Shown here piece after piece: positions 38,601 to 49,899 of a DNA stretch of 60,000 nucleotides. Every line of letters begins with the position of its first letter. Within the stretch, counting starts at the first letter, position 1. Made by a program: the position numbers and the translations under genes. The stretch is from Amphiscolops sp. MND2022 (Eukaryota). The DNA lies in contig OZ076409.1 in assembly GCA_964187785.1 (NCBI GenBank), positions 51,152,001 to 51,212,000 of the forward strand, read 5' to 3'. Under the pieces are notes generated by a model. That model worked only from the letters and a program-made list of their open reading frames with translations, was not told the DNA's origin and did no database searches.

Positions 38601-41600
38601 GCCGTCAGTACCATCAGCCTGTATATCTTTTAATTGTTTCAGATGAAATCCTCTTTGTTCGTGTTGAAAGTCAAAGTACGGATAGTGATTCTATGTGCTT
38701 GAAAAGATGCAGAGTTATTGCAGAAGAATTGTCAGAAAGTGGGGATAGCAATATCAGAGATGCTGTTTTGATTGATGAAGGATCTACCATTTCTGTTAAG
38801 TTGAATGAGGTACTCTCTTACACTTGTAACGCCATGAATCCAATTCTCCAACAACCAGGCTTGGCTCTAAAGTGTGCTTTGACTGCCATCTGTCCGGCAG
38901 GTAGTGTAGATGGAAATTGGTCTAAAAACAGCATCGAAGCTCTTCAGAGAGTAACAGCTGATAATGAAATTTATGTGGACCCCAACCTGGAAGCGGCAGA
39001 TGCAAGCGATTCTTCAGAAGTCATATTTAGAGAACTGTATCATATTGACCCATCTAGTCCCAAAGAAGCAATTGTTCGCAACGGAACTGATTTTGTCCCG
39101 GTTTCTTTTTTTCTTAAACTCAATGGATTTGCTATTCCCAACAAAGTTATGAGAGCAAAACTAAATACTCCTTCCTTGGATAAAGCACCTGCTCTTGATA
39201 AACAGCAAGTGAAACACAACACTTCCTATCATAATTTATCTGTGCAACCCGAAGATGAAATGCTTTGCAGTCAAAGTACAACACCATTCTCTACTCTCTC
39301 ACCTACGAGTTCAGAGAAATCTGTTCCGAAAAGTGGTTCTTATAGTCTCAAACCCTGCGAAATGCTTTGGGTCGACGCACCTCCAACGACTGACAAACAG
39401 ACATCTGAACAATCACTTTCTAAAGCTATTTGGGTTAGCCCTAAACTGTCTCCGGAAGTTGATCGCGTCTGTCAAATGTCAACGGAAAACGCTAAGCGTT
39501 GTAAGAAAGGCGTTGATTTGGTTGAGAATAAGCCATCAGTTGTTGAAAAGGGTCAAGAGAAATGTCACGGAGTTTCTGAGAAGCATTCCCCCAATTCGAT
39601 AAACAGTGGTCTTGGTGCATCGTTCTCTGATTCTGATAGTGATGAAAATACAGCGCCTACTGTTTTATTCATGCCGAAAACCAAGGGTGTGTTAAAAACT
39701 CAGACGTCGAATAAATCTTGTATCACCTCTAACGCTAAAGCAAAAGATGTGGACTTTTTTGAACCCAATAGTTCCTTTATTGATGACCTCGAGCTAAATT
39801 CTGAACATCTGAAGTTGGATGAGAAAGCTGCTTCTTCCAAAAGTGTTGAAACAAAAATAGCAGCAAAAAATATGATCAAGTTTGAAACGGAAAGTAGCAT
39901 CTCCCCGGAACCTGTTCCCAAGACGGAGATACTGAAGCAAGTGCGGATGTGGGCACCATCCAAAACAGATGCCTGTCAATCAACCACAATAGAGAATACC
40001 ATTCATTTCGACCTCTCCCATCACGGGATCCCTGAATTTTCATCTCTTGATGAAGTAGGTGATAAACAGGTTAACCTACAAATACTGCCAAATGTTGTAT
40101 ACAAGGCGTGCATCATTCCAAGCAAATCTGTTTTCCCATTCCAATTCGAACAGTTTGATTCAGATGGCATTTCTCTTCGAGGTTGTTGCAAAGATTTTAA
40201 CCAGTTTTTAATTCATCGAATCAACAGTGAAATTGACGAGTTTTTGAGAGGCAAATACCCTGGGGGAGGTTATGATGAAAACGAACTTTACTCTGGAATG
40301 GCTGCGTGTGGCTTCTTCCGAGAAGATGGTCATTGGTACAGAGTCAGATTCCTGAAAAAAGACGGGGGAAAATTCCTGGTTAGTTGGATCCTTTTCTATG
40401 ATTCAGTCTTTTTTCACTTCGCGATTATTGTCTTGATAGCTTTTTTCTCTGATGTTCACTTTTTAGAGAAGATAGAACTTTATAATTACTTTTAATTTTT
40501 TGTTGCTGGAATATTATTAAAACGCGCACTGCCATATTTTCTCCGGACTCAACAAAAATTGTCTAGACAATATATATAATCTCTTCGCAGTTAGTCAATA
40601 TATCAAGAGGGTGACTGTTATTGGCATGAAACAAGCAAGTGTTCACTGATAAATTGTAAGAGATTGTACAGAGAGCTTTGCCTGCATTTAAAGAAGAATG
40701 CGGAAGATCATTTCCGCTGACTGGTAGTGTTTTCTTGAATGCAGCTTAAGTAATCAATAAGTAACAGCTTTTGGTCTAAATTTAGGATACTTTCAGTTGA
40801 AAAATTCAAAAATTGAAAATGTTGATTTTCAGCTATTCTTGAAAAAAGGACCGTGCGTACTGAAACCCATTTTTCATGTTGGGACAAATATGAAATAAGC
40901 CCGTTGTTAAAAAGAGGGCGAGTCGGAAACAGTTGAAGAGGGCGTCGTATACGCTGCAAGCTGCAGAGCCTCATTGCAGTGTCACTAAGGGTCTCATATA
41001 AATAAATATCGAAAACCTTGGTAAGTGGAGAAAAATTTACAAATTACTGCATTAATATCACATGGTTAAACATTGCTCGTTGTAAAATGGAATCTAGTAA
41101 ATAAATGCTCGTCAAGGGATACCCTGCGGTGGTGCCTTTAAGACAGTATTCCCTCTTCTACTATTGCACCGGTCACAAATCGTCTTTGTGAACGACGGCA
41201 CTCGCGGAGGTACAGAACGGAGCTTTTCAGTAGGGCAAATTGAAAACGTTATGGAGAAACCCTATTGGAATGGGAAAATTTTATTTCCGAAACTTTCTAT
41301 CAAATGGGTTGATCGCGAAATCTTTAAATGATAGATGGACTCTTTGAATTTTGTTTGCAATTTTTTTGAAGTTTCAGACATTTTAGTGATCTCTGAAGGG
41401 CGGCTTCAGGGAATGCCTTTACTCCGAGACAGTACAAAATTTCCTGATGAATTTTCTCGAAATTTTTAAATTCCAATTCAATCAAGTTTTTTTGATATGC
41501 TTCAAGCTATTTGAGTTGATCGGAAATTCGTGTTTTGCTTCATGGTCTTCAACGTTTTAATTTTCACTCAATTTTTAAAGGTCGGAAAAAATTTCAGACT

Positions 41601-44600
41601 AATCCAATTGTACCTTTTTTCTCACGTACCTTTTATTCTCCCGACCTTTCAGAAAATGTCTCAAAAACTTCATACGATTTTTTTGAATTTCGCACAGTCA
41701 TTTCACACCCAAAGGTGCTCCTGTATGTGCAATGGCATCAGAATGGTGTAAGTTTGGGTCTGAGAAACAGCCAGAGTTACGCCAAAAAAACGGCCAATTT
41801 TGACTTTTCTTTCTACACCATATAAGGGCTTAATATGTGCAATTCCATCAAAATAGTTTGACTGGTATTCCAGCTAGTCAGAAGAAAAAAGTCATAATCC
41901 GACTCCTTCACCGCACATGCGGCTCTGGTTTCAATAGTTGTTTCATTAGTGGTAGTATTTGTAGCAGTAGAAGACGATTGCATGAACAGAGGAATTATAG
42001 AAACTGGCTTCATTAAAGATTATGATGGAAACTGATTCATGCGCGATGAGATGAGCCAAATTACTTGATGAAAATTGAACAACTATGCAGCAAATTGAAG
42101 GATAGCATTTCCGGAGGAAAGAATCAATAAATTTTTTGATAACCGTCAGGGTTCAATCAAAAGCCAAGCATTCAGCATAATCAACTGGTTTGCAATTATA
42201 AATGATCGTGGTAAATTTTTCTTTCGGTTTGAATTTTCTGGTTTTAAGCATTTAGGAACAAGAATTTGAGCATCGAGGTTTTTGAGGCTTTGATTTTTGC
42301 ATCAGTGTAAACTCCACTTCAACTGCTATGTACCGAATTTTCCAGAGGTAAAGCATATCAACTTTATCCAGTTGATAGCACAGCGGCAGGATATTCAGAC
42401 AACAGAGTGCCTCTTTGTACTCATCGCCTGAAACAATACACGTTATGACTTTTTTGAAATCGTTCTAATTGCTTCAAATCAGTTATTGAGCGATGCCATA
42501 CTGGGGAGCAGTACAGTAATATAGGTAGAATCAAGGTCAAAATAGAGATGCTTCCTTTTTTCTTTTGAGGTGTTGAAGGGCCCATTGCGACACAAGAAGT
42601 TGAAAACTTTGTTGCAATTTGCCTTATGACATTAGCAAGGCATTTCAGGTCGAAAGAAGTTAAATCTCCAAGGTCCACCTTTTCTTGATTAGGGTTTATC
42701 AAGGCACCATTGATAGTAAGAGGTGCAAGGCAGTTGAATTGAAACGTTTACACTTGTTTGGGTGAAACTGTGAACCATTTGCACTTGCCCACCGTGGCAA
42801 TCGGTTTCAGTTTGGATCAAAGAAGTTTCTTTTGATGAAAAGATTTTCAAATCGTCTCAATACAGAAACTAGTCTGTGCTTTGAAGATTATCGGTTATGT
42901 GGTATGTCGTTGAAAAAGAAAATGGGCCCCAAGACACTCCCCTGTGGAACACCAGACCATTTTATTCGACATGGCTGAGTTGATTTTTACGCTTTGGATA
43001 CGTCCAGACTTGTAAAAATCAATGAGAGACTGAAAATTTTCATCAGAACCAGAGGCGGTAAGTTTTCTCAGACGTCCATCACAAGGAGTCGAAATCGTTC
43101 ATTATGTCAAGATAGATGGCTAGACATACGGTAAAGGTTAACATCATGTACAAGGTGCAATGTGTTGCTCCGTTTTCAGTCGGCGCTTTTCTTGACAAAA
43201 GGGCCCGACTATTACAGTGGCGAGTCTTTTTTCGTCAGACCACAGGGCTCACCTTGTATGTACCACGTTTTAGTACAGACATTTCTTGCTTTAGGGGGAA
43301 CACAACGGTCGTGAGTTCGAGTCTCAGCTCCAGTCAGAAACTTTTTCGTGCATTTGCGAAACCGGACGAGACTGAACAGTCCCCACCTTTCAATATTTTT
43401 TTCAGCACCATGAGACGTTTTTTTGAAAGTTGTTTCATGTCTCCAAATGGTCCCCCTTCAATTTTTTGCCGCAAACTGGAGTTTCAAAGGTTCTCCCCTT
43501 TTCTTTTCTCGGCACTTTGAGACTTTCAAAATTTTTCGTCTCAATTTAGGAAGTTCTCAAAATATGCGTACAAATAATTTTTCAATACTATCCGAACGTG
43601 TGTTGTGATATCCGGGGTAAAGGGCTCTATCCGATTTTTTGACGTTATATCCTAGCTATATTGCCTTTTAATACGGAGGAGGCGGAGGTTGGTTTTTTCT
43701 GCGTTTTCCATGAAAACATCCTACGCATATTTTTGGAACTGCGCTTTTTGAGCCTTGGATATACCGCCGGCTTTGGACGTTCCCGTCTTGCTTCATGAAG
43801 CCATGCTGTTTCGATGAAATCTTTTTTTGAACTTGAAGTGAATTAAAGAAGACGTTCGAATAAAACAGGATGTTAGCTCAATATCGATAATTTTCAATAT
43901 CACTTGGTTATCCCGAATTATGTAAAGCTCTCACATAACGAAGTTTCCACTCGGAGGACCAAGTGGAGCTACTTTTGACGCTTTGTAAGAGAACACAGAC
44001 AGCTGGTGCTAAAACACTGGAAAAAGATTTTAATACAAAATAAGCTATATTGTCTGGTCCTGTTGCCAAAGAATCATCACAATCATTCAAACTAAGTTCG
44101 ATATCAGTGACAGAAAAATCAAAGTCATCAAAGAAAATGTCGCATTTTGGAGATTGTTCGATAAGCACAAGTCGTTTAGGAGTGAAATATGAACCAAAAT
44201 TCATATTCTTTTGGATTTTGTAGGTTGAAATTTTCTACGAGTATTAACTTATACAATCCAAATGATTCGTCCAATGACTTCAACAGATTGAAAAGTTTAC
44301 TACCTTCGGATTGAGTCAAGTGCAGCGGGTTTCTGAGAATCTGTTGGTACCTGTTGGGAAGTAGCAAGAAATCGCAAGCCCATTTTTATTATACCGAGTC
44401 AATTTGATAGCTTCGTGAAGTTTTTGGAAACCGGAAAATGAAAATTTTCGAAAACAATTTCTAGGTGCTTTTTGAATTTTTCTTCTAGTGCATGATTTTG
44501 GTCTCAATTATCTCAAATGAACTTTACAAAGCTTCGCACCAGATAATCCCTGAACGGCCCAAATCGTCGCCCGCTCCAATTTATTTTTCATAAATTTTAT

Positions 44601-47600
44601 ATTCAAGGTCCAATCTAATTTATATATTTATTGAGGCTTCGAGCGAGCGAAGCGAAGCGACGAAGTCTCTATTGTTCCGCGTTTACTAGCGTTTTGGTTT
44701 TTTTTTCGTGTGACATACCCTCTGTATTTGTATTAATTGAAGGCTATTTTCTCAGAGCCTATTTTTCCGCGACCATCCAAACTTTCCAAAAAGAAACGCA
44801 ACTTGATGCTCTTTCTAACCGTGTAAAAACTTTTCGAAAATTTTCCACCGGCGCTATTTTATTAGCTTCGAAAGCGCGAAATTTTCGAAAATTTTTAGGG
44901 TTTTTGTCGATTTTGCTATTTTTCTTTTCGCAAACCACAGCGAATTGGCCCGATGTAGGTACTAACCGACGTAAAACGATGTTTTCTTTAATTTGGTGAA
45001 AGTTTTTTTATCCTAGAATCATTGGGCTTTGCGAAAATGACCATTAAAAATAGGAAAAGTTTTCGGTTTTTTTGCGTAAAAAATTTCTCAACCTATTTTC
45101 AAGTAGCAATCAGTTCTAATCCAAGCAGTGGTGTTTCTACTCGATAACAGGTCTGCTTAGCTGCCCAAAGTTAGAAATTGGAAAGTCACAACGTTTACGT
45201 CGGACAGATAGAGACAAAAAAGTTTTCAAATTTTTTGAATTTTTGATAATTGCTCTATTCAATTTTGTAAAAGTTTTGGCCTATTTTCTCGGAGCCTAAT
45301 ACTTCGAGACCATCCAAAAACTCAACAAATTGTTGGAACTGAATTTGTTGGTGAAGATTTAAATGTTGTTGGATTTTCGGGCAGTTCATTGTATATTATA
45401 CAAATTGTGCTTTACTACGAATCTTGAAATAAATGAATATTTGATCCTTCAATTTTTAAATATACATTTTCCAAACTAATCTTAGGAAGGAGTGAAATAG
45501 ACGAAGTTACCGGATCGGTCTTGTAAAAATGCATAGATTGCGGTCTGATTACCCCTAGTAACTCTCCTACTGTCTTATTTGCACGGCTGTTGTTAAAAAT
45601 GCTGACTTCATCCTTGGAAGGTTTTTATTTATTTATACTGCTAGTAGAAAATGTAAAAATGCTCGAAGACCTATCGGCAATGTACATTGAATCATATACT
45701 CCATAATTGCTCATTGATTTGCTTTGTCTCATGCCTGTAAAATTTTCGGTGAATAGTTTTTTGTCCATTTTTGATGTCGGAAACCAAAGTTTTTTTCAGA
45801 CCTCTCGATGTATGGGTTTTCGAGAGTGAGATCATATTGGACCACTGGAGTACATACTCACACCGTTAGTTATTGATGATGTGGTTGTTTGAAGCGTAAA
45901 ACCGCGAAATTTCCGTTCTTAACGTATTCTATCCAGTGAATATCTGCACAGAAGGTATTATGCATTACCGCAATATTCCTGAGAGATTTGATGTCATATG
46001 CAACGATTAAATCAAGACAACACTAAGTTATATTCACACCTCGCTGTGCAATGATATTCAACTACGTTGTATTGAAAACAAAAATGATTTCGGATCTTTT
46101 CGTGATTTTGCCCCATTCGCAAATTTTAACAGGTTATTCATCCTCTGGAATACGTTTCCAACGGTGCCCACTGATGCTGGAAGGTTGTTTGATGCACAAT
46201 TCAGCTAATTTTTAGAACTGAAAGTATACTTGCAAGTGATGGCACATATCAACCGTCCTATTGATAACTAGGGCAGCCCTTCCTTTTATATAGTGGTAAA
46301 GTCCGAAAAAGTTAAGCTTCATAGGATTAATACCCGCAATTCTTTTCAATTTCATTGTATTTTGAGCATTCTCGTGCCGTATATAACCTTAGCTATTCGT
46401 CATAGCTAATAACTTGGTAATATGGTTCAAATGCACATGATGATAGTCAATTATGGCTGCGGGACCTGTCGCTCGAAGCCGTGCGCAAATTCCTTTGCGC
46501 CTATGTTTTATTTAATTTATATATATCCCACTCTGTTGATAAGTGCAAATTGTATCAATTGTACAGTGCCGAATAATACCCCAAGGGATGCCCATGAAAC
46601 TCGAAAACAGCGTTTTTCCCTACTCGAAACATCAAAAACACAATATTTTCGAAAATAATTTTTAGTGCCGAAAAAGCTTCAAGCTTGAAAAGCACTTTTT
46701 TCAAGCCAAAAACATTTATGAAAGTGAAGGGGGTACCCTTCCACCAAATTAAAATTTCCTAAAATGTCGCCCAGTGCCAAAAAACAATCGGTATTTTCCA
46801 CAATTATTGAGGAAACTATCAGGACCAAAAATGAAGAGATGAGATCACCGTTAAGTCTCGGAAAACTGTTTTTCTTTACACGGAAAATCAAAAAAAAAAT
46901 GTTTCGTTATTTGAAATGACTCTGACTGTTGCATGAAAATGTTTCAGATTTTTATGCTGGGAGAAAGTCCAGTTTGTTTACTGTGTTTCGGCCCAAGGCT
47001 CCAAATGTGATAATTTCCTCTATTTTCTGCACTCTGCGATTTATCTCAATTTTTTAAATGTATTTGTATTGAAATTATAATTCCTTTTTTAAAAAAAATT
47101 CAGAACTTCCGTCATTTATTCGCTTCCAATGCTAGGTTCTGTATGATTTTGTAGTACGTGTTTGATTCTGTATGTTCTTGTTGACATGCTGAAAATGTTG
47201 AATATGTTTAGGTCAGATTTGTGGACTTCGGGAACGATGTTCGATGCAACCCGGAAGATTTCTTTCCTGTACCAGCTTTCATAGAAGTGCCACAACTCTG
47301 CATGGAATGCGTTCTTGAAGGAGTTCGATTCACAGAGCGCAATTTAGACGCAAAGTCACATACATGTTTCGCCGCAAAATTGAAAGAAGCTATTTTGAAT
47401 GAGAATCATCCAGTTTTTGTGTCAATGAAGGAAATGCCTACGGAAGAAACTGATCAGAGAAAATCCTTGCCGATTTCTGTCTATTATGAAGGCAGGGAAT
47501 TGCGTCATTACTTGGTTCATCAAGGATATTTACAATGGGAGATTGATACTGATCATGATTTTCTCCAGACTGATGCTGATAAAGAAATGTATGAGACGTT

Positions 47601-48171
47601 GGTCAAGTGTGTGATTCCCTTCAATATCAAATTTCTACAAAGTCTTATCGGTGAGACGATTGAAGTGCAAGTGACTCATCAGGTGTCATCTAATTTCATA
47701 ATGGGCCGAGTCATCAAGCCAAACCCAAGCGCAGTTAATTTCGAGAAATTCATTTCGTCTATCAACTACTCGCAGCCTATTGTTACATCAAGATTGCGCG
47801 CTACAGATGAAACTGTCGGTCAATTGGTATACGTCTACAATCGTGAGTTACACCCCCATGTATGGAACAGGGGCCAAGTTATTGGATATGTTCCCAGGTG
47901 TCCTGTTAATGACCTGCCATTCAAATACACTATTCATCTCATCGACTATGGGTACTCTGAAAATCTTCCTGTGTCTATGTCAATCACTGATGTCCATAAT
48001 ATCGAAAAGTTCGTTGAATCACCGGCTGAAGCGGTTCCCTTTGTTTTCTCTTCTGCGCCCGAAAATGAGAAGAGTACCCCCGTAACCTCGGCAAAGTTCG
48101 AGAAAGGACAATTGATTCAAATTCAAGTTGAATCTGTCGGCAAAATTGTGCAATGCAGTATCAAGAACTGA
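14501..48171 (+). CDS. RNF17: RING/B-box/multi-Tudor protein (RNF17/TDRD4/Qin-like), whole gene span; 7 coding exons, about 1910 aa
   Basis: Exons 14501-14695, 14836-15079, 21892-23068, 36525-37699, 38093-38338, 38643-40378 and 47212-48171 all have GT-AG junctions with continuous phase and sum to 5733 nt. Domains: C3HC4 RING, two B-boxes, coiled coil, five extended Tudor domains. Confidence 0.85.
14836..15079 (+). CDS. RNF17: RNF17-like exon 2 (RING completion)
   Basis: TTTTAG acceptor. SIEENYCRVCW supplies the last CxxC of the RING. G|GTAGAG donor. Confidence 0.75.
16190..19820. repeat. Tandem satellite, 41-42-bp unit, roughly 85-90 diverged copies
   Basis: Consensus about TTCGAAATAATTTGACAGCTCCAGAAATCGAGGGAGCACAC, repeated continuously, with higher-order duplications. 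Confidence 0.95.
19821..20086 (+). mobile_element. Short DINE-1/HINE-like element, family B
   Basis: Starts AACAAG. Subterminal inverted repeat TTATTTCCCGCC / GGCGGAAAATAA with an adjacent short hairpin. Confidence 0.5.
20316..20645 (+). mobile_element. DINE-1/HINE-like family A copy
   Basis: AACAAGACGGGAACGTCCCAAGTCGGCGCC start and GGCGCCGACTAAAA end. Confidence 0.65.
21892..23068 (+). CDS. RNF17: RNF17-like exon 3 (two B-boxes, coiled coil, start of Tudor 1)
   Basis: CLKC...CDHC...LCENCFNYMH...H; CTVH...CLDCKSDVCSDC...HQGH; KITHLKSPKDFFF...LARFNIDNR, then GTAAGC donor. Confidence 0.9.
23587..32504 (-). mobile_element. Gypsy/Ty3 LTR retrotransposon, degenerate and internally rearranged
   Basis: TG...CA LTRs at 32020-32504 (5') and 23587-23792 (3', internally deleted). 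PBS TGGCGCAGTCAG next to the 5' LTR, PPT GAGGGGAA, TSD CTGGC/CTGCC. Fragments of gag, protease (IIDSGSPVT), RNase H (TDAS..GLGATL) and integrase (QLDFIGP, IDRYSKW). Confidence 0.88.
28128..29412 (+). mobile_element. Tc1/mariner transposon nested in the Gypsy element; frameshifted transposase 28318..29284
   Basis: Perfect TIRs TACCCCGCGTCAAAAAAATGTC and TA TSD. Motifs GSGRPK, WDNVLITDE, QQDGARPH, WPVNSPDLSP. Confidence 0.92.
32628..33173 (+). mobile_element. DINE-1/HINE-like family A copy
   Basis: AACAAGAGAAACGTCCAAAGTCGGCGC start, GCGCGGACTAAAA end, internal CACAGTGCCGAAAAA repeats. Confidence 0.6.
33700..35740 (-). mobile_element. Degenerate CRE-like (RLE-type) non-LTR retrotransposon
   Basis: Frameshifted RT motifs GPSGLDA, LIAIDKNPGVRPIGIG, TTQGDPLAMAMY, WYADD. 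C-terminal GASCWLNALP...FRDGIAL...CPCG...HALDC...RHDAIRD. Confidence 0.8.
36525..37699 (+). CDS. RNF17: RNF17-like exon 4 (Tudor 1 core and Tudor 2)
   Basis: RWYRAKI...VKFIDYGN; VTEVVSPSNFY...CLAQF...YYRANV...VFFIDFGN. Splice phases match. Confidence 0.92.
38093..38338 (+). CDS. RNF17: RNF17-like exon 5 (start of Tudor 3)
   Basis: TTTAG acceptor, GTGAGG donor. VLVSHVVDPWNLYVR. Confidence 0.85.
38643..40378 (+). CDS. RNF17: RNF17-like exon 6 (Tudor 3, long linker, start of Tudor 4)
   Basis: TTTCAG acceptor. LIDEG, ALKCAL...W, S/K-rich linker, ACGFFREDGHWYRVRF, then GTTAGT donor. Confidence 0.9.
41580..41930 (+). repeat. Dispersed repeat (family C), homologous to 55160..55795
   Basis: Shared CACCCAAAGG...GTGCAATGGCATCA and terminal ACTCCTT.ACCGCA.ATGCGGCTCTGGTTT hairpin. 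Confidence 0.6.
42060..44480 (-). mobile_element. Degenerate CR1/Jockey-like LINE, interrupted by a HINE copy (about 43175..43790)
   Basis: Fragments LATGPDNI, GVPQGSVLGP and ILLYCSPVW...LERFQ, with many stops and frameshifts. Confidence 0.75.
44631..45690 (+). mobile_element. Probable non-autonomous Helentron-like element, family D
   Basis: Start GAGGCTTCGAGCGAGCGAAGCGAAGCGACGAAGTCTC (self-complementary). Subterminal inverse GCTCGAAGACCT at 45661. Confidence 0.4.
47212..48171 (+). CDS. RNF17: RNF17-like exon 7 (Tudor 4 core, Tudor 5, stop)
   Basis: TTTAG acceptor. VRFVDFGN...; HVWNRGQV...IHLIDYG. TGA ends at 48171. Confidence 0.9.
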   Translation, partial: VRFVDFGNDVRCNPEDFFPVPAFIEVPQLCMECVLEGVRFTERNLDAKSHTCFAAKLKEAILNENHPVFVSMKEMPTEETDQRKSLPISVYYEGRELRHYLVHQGYLQWEIDTDHDFLQTDADKEMYETLVKCVIPFNIKFLQSLIGETIEVQVTHQVSSNFIMGRVIKPNPSAVNFEKFISSINYSQPIVTSRLRATDETVGQLVYVYNRELHPHVWNRGQVIGYVPRCPVNDLPFKYTIHLIDYGYSENLPVSMSITDVHNIEKFVESPAEAVPFVFSSAPENEKSTPVTSAKFEKGQLIQIQVESVGKIVQCSIKN

Positions 48172-48320
48172 TTTTTGTTTGTTTGTTGGCCAAAAGCCAC
48201 TTCATTGGTGAAATGCTTGAAAAGACTGCGAAAGATAATTTGAAAGGTATTTATGACTTTGTTGAACAATAGTTTATTTTTATGAAAGCAATTCTTTCCG
48301 AAAGAGAATTTAGACCTATA

Positions 48321-49899
48321 CAGTAGAGTTTGCTTAATAGCAAGTCGCAGGGGGTCCTCGTAAATCTTGCTAATAAAAAAACTTTCTAATATGCAAACAT
48401 GAATTAAATTCCCTTAAATATTGGAAAAATAAGCATTTAATGTAGTTTGATGCATATTCTCTTGTCGCTGAATAGAAATAAAGTCTTCAATGTTCATCAG
48501 ATTGTTCATGTGATGCCAGCTACCTTCTTGGTTGGCAAGAAAGCGCCGTATTAACCCAACTGCATTCAATGCATCTTGAGCGCGCACGGGGCATTCTTCA
48601 TTTTCCTCTGTTTCTTCATCGCTGTCAATGGTCAAAACAGTATCTCCAGCTGGAGTTTGAAGTTGGGGCATCTTTTCGTCGTTTCCATCCGTTGCACAAT
48701 CGTTATCTGCATCAATATATTCCACCCAATCCTGTTCGCTTAAACTTGGATAATTTGGCAAAATTTGACCCTCGACAATAAAACATTCCGAGCCAGCATT
48801 CTCGACATCTTCGGTAACCGTTTCATTAACGAATCCCACGTGCTTAAAGCAATTTCGAACTGTGTCGGATTTCACCTCTTCCCAACTTCGTTGCAGCAAA
48901 ATAAGTCCCTCCAGCAAGTCAATGTTCATGACAGTTCTTTCATCCATCGCGTTTAGCTGTTTCGTGACGAGCTTTTTGGAATCTCATGGGGATGCGCAGA
49001 ACAGTTGTCCAAAATAAGAGCAATTCTTCGTCTTTCCCGTTTAAATTTGACCTCAAGGTGCTTAATGTAGTCAACAAATATAGAAGCCGTCATCCATGCT
49101 TTTTTGTTGGCGAAATATTGGATAGGAGGGGAGCTTCTTCGGAAACAACGTGGCTGCTGAAACTTGCCAATGGTGAGAAGTGGCAGTTTTTCTCCGCCCG
49201 CAGATGCTCCAACCAAAACGGAAATTCGCTCTTTTGAACGTTTTCCGCCTGAAAATTTCTGCCCTTTTACCATGTGCCCACTGACATAACATTTGCCCAC
49301 TGAGCCCAGGCAATCCAGAAGCCGTACTAACAACCCAATTATAAAGTGCCTGATCAACATCTGCAAAGCCAATATTGCGGTTTCTTTTTTGCTTTGGGTT
49401 TTTCTCACCCGTTTCAAATTTTTTTGAAATGGATTGGCGCTCTTTTTTAATTCTAGAAACGGTTGACTCATTGATCCCATATTTTTTGGCCACATCGGCC
49501 TGCTTCGCGCCCCCGTTCAGCTCTTTAACAATATCATATTTCTTACACAATGAAAGTTCCGTGCGTGGACGTTTGGTAGACATATTAACCAATCTGAAGA
49601 TATCAACAGATTCAATTATTGAATAAAATAACAAGACTCCTTTGCATGTGCATGTAAACGCATTGTGCCTATTTCTCAGAAATGTCACAGAATTTCACCT
49701 TCCATCTCGCTATTAAGCGAATATTTCTGAGAAAAGTGACTCCCGGGACATGAAAAATCCTTGCTAATAAAAAATCTTGCTATTAAGAAAATTGCTAATA
49801 GGCAAACAATCTCACACCGTATACCGCTCGGGAGGATTTTTTACTTGCTAATATATGAATCTTGCTATTAGAGCAATTGCTAATAAGCGAACTCCACTG
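48321..49899 (-). mobile_element. pogo/Tigger DNA transposon, internally deleted, copy 2 (1579 bp)
   Basis: Reverse complement of 6541..8119: same length, identical ORF translations, TA TSD. Confidence 0.93.
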
